Below, piece by piece: positions 13,801 through 24,070 of a stretch of DNA of 64,000 nt. Source of the DNA: Klebsormidium nitens (lineage: Eukaryota; Plantae; Klebsormidiophyceae); contig DF237018.1 in the NCBI GenBank assembly GCA_000708835.1, positions 124,001 to 188,000 of the forward strand, written 5' to 3'. Within the stretch, counting starts at the first letter, position 1, and each line of letters opens with the position of its first letter. Under the pieces are notes generated by a model. It saw nothing but the letters and a program-made list of their open reading frames with translations, ran no database searches and was not told where the DNA came from. Both the position numbers and the translations under genes were made by a program.

Positions 13801-13944
13801 AGCTGCTTGCAAAGAGGGGCGCCAAGCGCTAGCACTTTCATGAAGCTCCATGAGCACACGAGAAGAGCAATGCAAACCCAATGGAAAATATTGGGGGTCC
13901 AAAATACCTGGATTAGTTGGGGTTGAGGACAATTGCCAGACCAT
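7832..13944 (-). CDS. NBS1: Nibrin / NBS1 (MRN complex subunit), multi-exon
   Basis: Exon 13908-13944 MVWQLSSTPTNP; next exon ...TYHFTAPGEYKVGRK; FHA exon from ~13050 (DCTVTINTDKTVSRLHADI...DLSKFGTFIN...LKDGDIVTFGS); BRCT segment ~12000-12150 (THLLAEDG...KPVVTLEWI); MRE11-binding-like NFKRFRK (~9000); GNSFETLIPYAKEPYK (~8600-8670); C-terminal ADDLF. The 3' end is uncertain: a donor after ...NAEK could add an exon near 7770. Confidence 0.92.
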
Positions 13945-14747
13945 GGTGCCTCACAAGTTGTAAAACTTTTTGATGCGGCAACGAGAACCGTGAATCGAGA
14001 GTATCTGTGCCGCTGCCTGCTGCACCTTTGATCACCAAGCAGCATCTTCAATCAGCATCCCTCAATGCATTTGACATGGTGATGCTTGGTCGAGGATGCC
14101 AGTGCCACGGCCAATGGCGCCCTTTTGCTTGAATTCTCCCCTAGCCCTAGGCTCTAGAGCTGGTTGGAATGAAACTTGAAAGCAGACCTTCAATGCTGGC
14201 CAGACTTGTTCAAGTTCTTGTTTCAAGAAGTTCCTGAGGCAAATTCTGGAGGCCGCCAAAATGTAATTAATCTCAATTGGCCTGACGGTTTTCCGTCCTC
14301 CAAAAGACGTTGTGGCGGGCAACGTCCGAGAGCCGTAACGTCTTGCAGCATTTTGCAGGCGGAGCTACACATCGAGCAATGCGGAGGAAGCACGCCCGGG
14401 CGCTCCGGTTCGCCGTCTCTTTAAGAGATTGTCTCCGCGTCTCTGCTCTGAGATTCATCGGCGAATTCAAACTATAAAGTCTTAGCTTCTCTCGATCGTC
14501 GAATTTATTTTTACTCGTATCGGACGACGCAAATTCAGTAATGGTTCGATTTGACTGGCGCTCACTGACGGGTAACGACGTAAACTACTTCAACCGTCGG
14601 ATACAGGAATCGACGACTGGTGCAGCAAACTACAGCACGCCTGGCGGACCATAGGACGGTCCAAACTGTCCAACCGGGACCATCCAGCACTCAAGTGCCG
14701 ACAAACTCGATTATATAGAAACTTCATCTCAAAATGGTATTGCTTAG

Positions 14748-14899
14748 GTACGTCGGAGCTTACAATTATCTATTAGGTATGCACATCAAGGTTGAAGATC
14801 TGATAGGTAATTGTTCACAAATACCTAGGTACGATACCGTAGTACGGTATCCTACGTACTTGTGTATCCGGATATCCGGCATGCAAACATAATACGTAC
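14748..14899. promoter_or_regulatory. GTAC-rich palindromic patch in the NBS1 / unknown-gene divergent intergenic region
   Basis: GTAC at 14748, 14829, 14842, 14856 and 14896. Hairpin gataccgta-g-tacggtatc (14833-14851). Palindrome ccggatatccgg (14868-14879). Confidence 0.3.
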
Positions 14900-15274
14900 A
14901 TATTCTAGGATTGAAGGCTCTATATGTGGAGAACATTGGCCGGTAGGCCAATGTTCCACACCCCTCAAAAATTCTCTTAAGCCTCAGGTTATGGCGAGCC
15001 AATCTCTCCACCTCTTAGTTGACGGTCGTGCCAAATCCTTCCGCCAAATTTTGTCAATTGGCTCGAATGCTGATCTCTGGAGTCTACTTTAAGCTGTGTC
15101 TTGAATTTTGGACTGTTCACACTTGAACTCGAAGCTGTAAGGGAGGAAGAGGCGAGCGGAATCTGTGAACAGTGTCCAAAGGAAATGGGTTCAGCCAGTA
15201 TGCAAGGCTAGGGCGGACTATACATAGCTCTAACCCCAGCATCATACCCTTGATTGCTTGATCCGAGTTTGAAT

Positions 15275-18200
15275 ATGGCGGGCGCCAAGGTGGGCGCAAA
15301 GGCAGAGGCGGTTGTTGACGTGCGGCGGACTTTGAAGTTTATAGGCCGCTTGGCGGTCAGGCTGCAGGCAGATACGGAAGCATCAACAGAGCCCCAGGCT
15401 CTGGAGGAAGCGCTTCAGCAAGTGGTGTCAAACCTGCCGGACGGGGTGGTGAGGCAGACGCTTGAGAGTGATTTGGACAGGTTCGGACGGGCGCTTCTGG
15501 ACAGAGTCGCTTCCTTGCGGAGTGCCAAAGACAAGGGTCCCGTCGAACAGGACGCGGGTCAGCTTGACCTCGATGGGTTAGCTGCAGGAGAGCTGGTCGG
15601 CGAAGCTGGTTATCATGCGGCAGTGGATACGTTGCTCAGCAGGTGGGGCGAGGTGCTCGATGAGAGCGTAGGAGACGGCGCCAAGTGGCAAGTGGGGGAG
15701 CTTGAAAATTGGCGCGAGCTATCTCTCAAAGTTCTGGCTGCGAGGCCATCGTTGCCCGAGACATTGGCAGCGGCTTATGTCAATGTGGAGATTGCAATCT
15801 GGAAGGAAGCAAATGGAGGTGGTGGTCATGACAGCATGGGGGAGGCAAGTGCGAAGGTGGGCATGCAACCTAATGTGCGAGACAAGAATGTTTCGCACAT
15901 TCTTGATACGACAAGCACAACATGGTGGTTTTCCATCAGTGACTGGACTCCCTGTAAAAGTATGTAGATGAGTGGTTTGAAGAACCATTACCATGCTGCT
16001 GGAGGTATCATCAGGTCCACTTCTTTTTTTGCCGTGCTCTGCATCTTCAGCTGCCGGCCTTTTATCTCTCATCTTTTATGTATCTTGTTGTCGCACTCGG
16101 AGCCCTCATTATGGAGCGAAAACTGGTCCATTGATATGAAACGAATGATGGTTGATTGACCAAGAGGCTGCTCTTTTGCTTGATAAAGAGGCTGCTCTTT
16201 CGCCTTAACTGTGGAACTCCCTTCATCTTGAATGTTTTGGAGACTTGGTTGGCTTTAAACGGGTCAATAAACGAGTCAATTTTCCTCCCCTGCAGATCTC
16301 TGCGGCTGAAGCAGTGACGTCCTCCGTTCTTTTCTCCTCAGCCTTTCTCAGTCCTGAGAGCCGCCTCGTCCTCCTCTCACCGCTCGCCACCCTTCTCTCA
16401 ATCACTATCACATCGCTTGTTAGATCTGCGGCAGAACTGCAAATCACCAGCGCAGCCAAGCGACTCCAGAAGCTCGCCCGCATCCTTGTCACAGTTCACA
16501 GCTCCCACTTGAAGCAGTGTGCTCTGCCTCCGGCAGGCGCGTCTAGAACTGGGGCTGTGCTGGTTGTGGGGCTGGTGGTCACCAGGTACCTGTTTCTGAC
16601 TAGCAGGTTAGAAGGGGAGCTAGGGGACGCAGGTCTAACCAAGCTGCAGCAGACGGCGGCTGAGGCGCAGGCAGGTCTGGCAGCGGGGGAGAGAGGGGCG
16701 CTGGTCGAGTTGCTGTGTGAACCAGAGGAATTGGAGGCAGTGCAGAATCTGGACAAGGAGGGGGGGTATGCAGTGCGGGGGGCGCTTTATGAGGCAGCTG
16801 TGAGGGTGGTGCCATTTGAGGAGGTGGATGCGACGCTGGGCGGCTCGCTCAGGAGAGTGGAGCTTGCGAGGAAAGCCGTGGCATTGCTCAGGTCAGACAA
16901 ACCGAGTTGTTTGGTTTGTCTGTTCTTTCCTTTTCTCACATATGCTGATCTACTTCTGAAAGATGCTCTTTTCATAATTTGGTTGGTTCTAGCGCTTTTG
17001 GGCTGAAATGTCCATGGAGCGTTCTGATTATTCGACCTGTGAAGGAGATTTGCATAACTTGAAGTTGGTCCTCTTTGGCGTTGAAGACCAGCGGGGATAA
17101 GGTCAAACGCGAAATTACACATTCGTGAAAGACTCGAATAGCAATTTGGCTTGCATCGGATACAAAACTGGGAGACAAACCCATGACGAAGATCAGTAAT
17201 CTAGGAGCGCTTTTCACCTCCAGGCAGAAGTTTTCACCTCTGCTTCAAGTCTGTCAGTCTGACTCCTTCCTGGCACCTCAACCAAGAAAGCCCTGCTGAC
17301 GCTGAATATCTGGTTCTGTGTCCCCCAGGTCAAACGGCGATCGTTCTAGAGCGTCCGCAATCTTGACAGCTGTCCTTGACGCTGGAGGCCATCTGAAAAT
17401 TGCGGCTGCATCGAAGGCGCAGCTTGAGCGCCTGAGGGCAGTACTGCCCTCCGAAGGGCTCTTGACCGACCCCCGGGGACTTACGAGTGAGTAGCCAGTG
17501 CACTACTATCGAGCTGTCTTCTGGTCAGTTGGACATTCTTTCAAATTTCGACTTCTATTTTGGATCACACGCTTTCGGACAAAGAGTGACACGGGCGGGT
17601 TCGACGTTACATTCTCACATCTAGAGGCTATTTCGTTACAGCTTTTGCTTCCTACCTTATTGACAGCCACTTCAAAAAGCAACATTGTGCTCGAAACACA
17701 CTGTGGTTCGTTTCAGATTGCTAAGTCTGGAGTCAATCTTGTGCAGCCTGGCTCGTCAACTCCGCAAGCGACAGCGCATTTTCTGCCGCCCGCGCTGCCC
17801 TTCAATCCGATGGCGATACTGACATTCCGTCAGCGGACCGCCCTTCAGAAGCAGTCCCCCAGGCGAGCCCCGCAAAGGCCGAAGATGAGACCCTGTTCTA
17901 CATTGACAAGACGGGCAGTGGGGCTGCAACTGATCCTGCGGAGAGTCGACTCATAGCCGCAGTGGAGCAGATTGCGCAAGCGGGCCCGTCAAAGTCGACA
18001 ACCAGGAGCGGTCGCAAAGGTCCGCGGGCGCAGAACGGAAACAACGCAGGCGACGAAAGCGAGAGGAGTGAGGAGAATGAAGAAAGTGATTTGGACCGGA
18101 GCGGTTTGGAAGGGGAGTCGGACGATGAGAAGCGTCCGGCAGAAGAACTAGGGAGGGCGGATTCGGACGAGAGTTCAGAGGACGAGGACGACGATCCGGA

Positions 18201-19668
18201 CGAGGATGAGCGTCCGAGGAAGAAACGGTTGACAGCAGAACTGGTCGAAAAGGCGTCTGCAGAAAAGCATGGGGAGGCCGAACCAGCCGCACAAAGCGAA
18301 GGGCCGCAGGCGCACGGGGAATCGGACGGCGAGAAGCGTCCGCAGGAGGAACTAGAAAGGGCGGGTTCGGACGAGGGTTCAGAGGAGGGGGACGACGAGT
18401 CGCGCGAGGACAGTGATGCGGACGAGGATGAGCGTCCGAGGAAGAAACTAGTAATGGCGAGAGTCGACGAAAAGGTGGTTGAAGAAAACACGGCGGAGGT
18501 CAGACCAGACGCGCAAAGCGAACGCGGGCAGGCGCAAGCTGAAGACGGCGAGGAAGAAAGCGGGGAGGGTGATTCGGACGAGGGGCGCTCTTTAGACGAC
18601 GACAACCCGTCGGACGGGGATGACTCGTCCGACGATGGGCTAGACGAGAACGCGTTCATTGCACGGATGCCGTTCGGGCCGCTGGATGAAAGTAGCGAGA
18701 GCGAGACCGAGGAGGGGCGGAAACGTCAAAAGGAGGAGAAATTGGTGCCGCTGCCGGTGCCTGTAGGGATACCCATACCGGGCCCCAACGACCCTTACTA
18801 TACGCGCGTCGACGGGAAATCTCCGGCGGCGGAGACCAGACGGAACGACGGAGTCAGCGGCCAAGAGGCGCCGAGCGTGGGGACAAAGAAGAAGGGCTTG
18901 AAAAGCGGGGGGGCGGCAGAGGAGAAAAGCGGAGGGACACCGGCAGCCGGCAAAGTGCAGCCCGTAAAAGTTGGGTTGAAGAAGAAGGGTGCCAAGGGGG
19001 CGGAAGCGGAAGACGGGATCTCGCCGCTGCACACAAGGAGCGGACGGACTGTGGTGATGTCACCAGGGCCGGGTTCGGTGTCGAAGAAGACGCCGGGGGG
19101 TGCGGGAAGAAAGAAAGCGGGGCTGAGCGCGGTTGCGGAACAGGGGGGTGCGGACGAAGCAGGGGATGCCTTGGTGGGGGAACAGAAACCAATAAGGAAG
19201 AAGGGGGAGGTGGAGGAAGCGGTAGACGCCGGGGGGGAGGACGAAACCGCCAAAGTCGGCGGTTCTGATGCTGGCGGAACGGAAAGGGAACCGGCAATGG
19301 CGCAGAAGGGGGGTGATAGCACAAAGCTCAAAGCGCCCATGCCGTCCTCCGTAAAGAAGGGACAGAAGGGGGATGATGCGATTGCCGCTCAGGAAGAGGG
19401 GGCCGAGGATTACGTGTCTCCGCTCCATACGCGGAGCGGAAGGATCGTCGGGCCGCCTAGTACGGTCAAGAAGACGGTCAAGAAAAAGAAAGGGGCGCTG
19501 GACGGGGTGCTCGAAGAGGGGAGAGAGAGAGACGTGTCGCCGCTACACACACGTAGCGGGAAAGCAATTGGTATGGTTACCCCGGCCCCTAAAACTGCGG
19601 TAAAGAGTAGAGCCGTGGCTACGCCAGTTGCCGGTGCTTCTACTGTGAAGCGCTCAAAGAAGCAGTAA
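15275..19668 (+). CDS. Unknown protein: helical N-terminal region plus long acidic then basic low-complexity tail with internal repeats
   Basis: ATG 15275. Coding-like segments 15275-~15857, ~16296-16890, ~17329-17486 and ~17830-19668 bounded by GT-AG sites; the middle joins read ...ALLR|SNGDRSRASAIL.... Internal exon boundaries are approximate. No confident family assignment. Confidence 0.7.
18115..18540 (+). repeat. Intra-CDS tandem duplication of about 70 codons
   Basis: GESDDEKRPAEELGRADSDESSE...DEDERPRKK versus GESDGEKRPQEELERAGSDEGSE...DEDERPRKK, also similar at DNA level. Confidence 0.8.
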
Positions 19669-20638
19669 GCTGAGGTTGCGAGGGGTCCATTGTAGATTTA
19701 CCGATCATGCAAAATCGTGTAGCCTCCTTGACCCAGCAACGGAAATTGCAGGTCTTTCCGTCCTTGTTTCTCGATCTCAAGTTGTGTCTGATTATTTGGA
19801 CTCCTACGATGCAGGTTGTGTCGTTGCCGTTCATGATGATTGTTTGTGCATGCAACTAATGCACTTGCGAGCATGGCTGTAAACTGCGCTCATGGGTTGC
19901 AAATGTTAGGAATGGACGGATCCTTAACTAGCTAAGCCTAGGTTCGGTACTAATCATGGTACCCAGCCACAAAATGCTATTTGAGCGGGCGCAGCTTACA
20001 AGAAGAACAAGAAATCTGGCCGCGCTCGATCATGAAGTGTCCGGCCAAAAAAAGTGCACACGCATCCGATCTGGGGCAGTGTGACCTTCGATTGTACAAT
20101 ATCAACCGGCAGCCGCGCGGGACGACAATCTGCAGGGCTTGCATGCGTAGGATACCCGCCGGTGCGGGTACTAATACAGACCGTCTCAAGGATCGATCAA
20201 GTACGGCAAGCAGCAGTGTTACATGAATCACACAAACAGCCGAACCCTGTAAAGGCCTGCATCTCATTGCATATACCTGTCGGACAGCTTTTGCAATCAA
20301 TAGCAGTATACGGACCTGTGCAATGCATGAGGATCAATCTGCGCCAACTGCGCGGCACACACAGATCATCAGCGCGTTCAAAGTCGACGCGCCTATATCA
20401 TTAGACTTCCGTTCCGAATCGGACACAGTTGAAAAGGCCACGAAGGAGGCTAAGCTCTGCACAAGCTTGTCCTAAAACTTTATGCAGTCGTGCACGACAG
20501 TGTCAAATACAGAAGTCAGTGGCCAGAGCTATGTAAGTCATCTGCAGATCCTAATCTCTTGAACCGAGGTCCACACCAATTGTCTACCAGATCTCATAAA
20601 GCCGGAAAGCCTTTGAGCATTGAGCGACACAAGGAAAC

Positions 20639-22959
20639 TCAAACGGTGTCCTCTTCCGCAGCCGTGAGCAGTTTGCCTCGGTCCTCTCCCCACTCCGGAA
20701 TGACCACCAGCAGAGCTGCCACGCAGTAGTGGACCTCAACGCTTGGTTCGTTGCCATACGCCGATCCGATCTTGCCTGGCTCCTGGAAGTTGCTTCCTTG
20801 GACACACCAGGTGACGTCATTGTAGTCAACATTGCAAGAGAGCCTGAAGTTGTTTCTGAGGTGGTCAAGCCCACGCTCTTCTTCGTTCTCGTACATTGTT
20901 GAGACGTCTTGCACGTCGAGTTGATCAAGCTCGCTGTCGTAGTAGACCTGAACAAACTGGGTCTCCAAGCCGAGCTGCTTTGCGACCGCAAAGATCACAG
21001 CGTCCGCTCCTTTCAGCATCATTTCAGGCGCCTTGACAAACACCTCGCTGACGTGCGGGTAACGATGCTGTAGCGAAAGCCCCAGAATGCCCCCATCGTG
21101 CATGAAGCTGTCGAGGCTCAATGCTTTGACCAGAGTCTGATACAGGACGGTGTGCTTCAAAACCACGTTGGGATGAGTAAGCGGGCTTTTCCGCGGGCCA
21201 GGCAGAGGATCTGCGTACAGGTTGTACGTGAGCGTGACTCGGTAGCCTCCCAGCACTTCTTTCACCTGCAACAGGAAAAGCGGTTAGGTGGTTCCTAGCA
21301 CGGTATTGCAGCCTTTTCTGTCGTGTTGCCCTCGGTAGAAGATGCGAGCCGCAAGAGCGCGTTACAACTCAAAAAACAGGAGACCTGAGAAGGCGATGCA
21401 TTTCGAAGTTGGACGAGCAACTTGCAAGGAGGGCTTTCCAACTCTGTAAGCTATCTTCACAGTAGCTATCAATCTTTGAGACAATTCGCGTCACCCTGCA
21501 AAGACTGAACCAATTCAAGGGATGCTGTCAGAAATCGAGCCCTGAAAGAAAGGCTTGATTTACCTCGTGCTCGCAATCCGAGTATAAAGCTACCCACTGG
21601 ATATGATCTTCCGACTTTTCGCTCCAGTCGATGTTCACGTTCTTCTTGCCATGAGATATGCGGAGATTGCCGCCGTTATGAGCGCTTGGCAAGCAGATGA
21701 TGAGAGAACCGAACATCTGAGGTCCTCGAGGAGTGTCCACGTGCGCCTTGAAGAAGTCCCCAGCCCTGCGAGGAGATTACCAAACAGGTCTGGCACCATC
21801 ATACATCTGATGAGCAGATTGTACAAATAAACAGCACGGAGTTCATCCAGTATGCGGCTTTCAAAGCAAACGACAGGTTCTTCCCATAACGTTAGGTTGA
21901 GCTTCTGCTGAAATGTACAACGATGGTAGGATCCGCAAACTGGAATTCCCTGCACAGAACGTAAAAAGGAGCGACACGGTGGTGACGCCTTTGACAATTC
22001 TGAACAAAAACAGGACTCAAAGCTGAGCTTATGATGTCCTTCGCTTCTTAGTGCCTCACCTGTAGACGTTCAGCTTATGCAGCTCTGTTCTGATGCACTT
22101 GTCTTCCGTGGTCATGACCTTCTGAATGGCACTAAGGATCCCGTAATCTGACACCTGGAACGAGCAGGTGAAGGCACTCGGATCGAGCTTGAGGGCCTTC
22201 CTGCAGAAAGTCAAACAGTGGTACGTGGTTTGAGTGTCCTCCAAAAAAGACACAACTGTTTTCAACATGTTGCAATTTGAAGCTTGACAGGCTAGGGAGT
22301 CTATATTCAAGAAGGACGTGGCATGTGAAGTAGTTGTGATGAACATGTTGGGTATCTTCAAGACATCTTGTTGAAGAGATGTACCAGTAGCTTGGATCCA
22401 GAACCGGATTCTCTTTGCCAGCTTTTCCAAAGGTCGCTTCTTCACAGGCACTGCAAAGGTCAGCCATCTCCGTGCTCTGGTCACCGCGTACTGGGAAGCT
22501 GGAGGCGTGCATAGTGGTGTTTTCGTCTTTGACCTGTATTCGAGTTCAGAGTTTTAAAAGCGATTTCAGCTCTCAGTCGCACCGAAAAGGAATCTGATCT
22601 CGGAGCAGTCTTCGATGTCCTCCTTATAGCATCTTCAAAATTTGTTGAAAGAAAGGCACTGGGTTTTTGTTTCAGATATCATGGAAGTTTATAGAAACAT
22701 AGGTGAGATGCGCTCCACCACACCCTCAAATATCCTACAGAGATTCATTCACATTTGAAGACGCAAGCCAACAGGAGGTCTAAAAGATTTTCCTCACTTT
22801 CTCGAAGTGCAGCCGGATCTTGTCATTGTCCTTCACATGGAAGCTTCCCTCACAGAAAAATGTGGCCGAGACGCCTGTTACGCTTTCAGCTTAAGAATCC
22901 ACGACAGCATCCTCGCTCATCTTGACAAGAGATTTCTCCTCTACCGTACTGGAAGCCAT
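20639..22959 (-). CDS. 2OG-Fe(II) oxygenase, fungal-type family (HVDTPR...FGSL...GG...YSDCEHEV...RVTLTYNLY); may be a pseudogene
   Basis: Five exons splice in frame: ...ATFFCEGS..., ACEEATFGKAGKENPVLDPSY, KALKLD...IRTELHKLNVY, DFFKAHVDTPRGPQMFGSL...DCEHE, VKEVLGGYRVTLTYNLY. HxD...H iron ligands and the 2OG-binding Arg are intact. An in-frame TAA at 22891-22893 interrupts exon 1. Confidence 0.8.
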
Positions 22960-23123
22960 GATGTTCAAGCTTCTTTCGAATAGAAATGTGCAGAGAAGGC
23001 GCTGCGGTTTCGAAGCTTTGAAGGCTGCACTGCTTTGTTCAAATGCAAGACTTGCGGTGCTTATGCACTTTGGCAACTCTCGTGTGACTTTAGAGGCGTG
23101 TGACTTAAGATGGGCGCCCGGGA

Positions 23124-23476
23124 GACGGGTGGGGTAAGTAAGGTGGTTAGGGTGGGTTGGGGTGCGGAGCGGGAGATTATTTCGGTTAGGATTTTTAGTT
23201 TGTATGCCCCGGTAGCTTGAATGTTAGGTCACACGCCCGTTAGGTCACACGAGAGTTGCCATTATTGCTTATGCCAGCAACTCGTGGCGGGAACTACTTT
23301 ATGCTTGATCTAGCGCGGCCGCGGAACTTCGCAACATATCTCTCGATTTTATGAAGGATAAGCGTCATGAAGGGTAACAGCAAGACTTAACTAAAAACCT
23401 AGACCAATAGTTTACATGCTCCGCACCTGTACCCATGCCTGTACCCATCCTACCCCCCTAACCAACCCCACCCGTC
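23124..23476. mobile_element. MITE-like element with long imperfect terminal inverted repeats
   Basis: Left arm gacgggtggggt...ggtgcggagc...taggatttttagtt pairs with the reverse complement of the right arm aactaaaaaccta...gctccgcacc...accccacccgtc. Internal direct repeat gttaggtcacacg x2. No TSD found. Confidence 0.6.
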
Positions 23477-24070
23477 CCAGTTACCCTTCATGGCTCTTTA
23501 CCTTCATAAATTCGATATCAGAATTTTCGCAACCCGGACCGACCGGCGACGCGCGCATCGAGTTCAGCGCGGCCGCGCCGCGCCGCCTCGATCGTCACAT
23601 GCATACGTGATGTCTCATACCAACTGGCATGAGTAGCACATGAAGGATTGCGGCTTTCCTTGCTGACTGGGACGAAGTAGGCCAGACTAGGTAATTCTTT
23701 TGTTCATCGAAGCTTACCGTCACCCAAACTTCCGTTGCATTCGGTTTGTTTGCGCGCAAAAGTTCAGGACCTGACGTCAACAAATGCTGCCTGCGCTAGC
23801 AGAGGTCTTTTCTCCTCGTAACCATCTCGAAAGAGGCCACTTCATCGAGCTTCAATTGAGCAAACCTTGGGCGCCTGGCTGTGATCCTACTCTCAGCAAA
23901 CCAGATCTGGATCGTTGAACAAAAGAGTCACGCTGAACTTCTGCACAACGGGCAGCTCTTCTCAGAGCGCACAAAGCATCTGAAAGGGAGGACTTTCTAG
24001 TCAAAAATCAGTCTTGCCGCAAGCGTGCGCGCCGATCCTCCACTAGGATTCCTCCGCCATACCATACCGC

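Noticed and set aside
17898-19428. Several long minus-strand ORFs (e.g. 17898-18659, 18798-19340)
   Set aside because: They are Ser/Pro-rich antisense shadows of the low-complexity plus-strand CDS.
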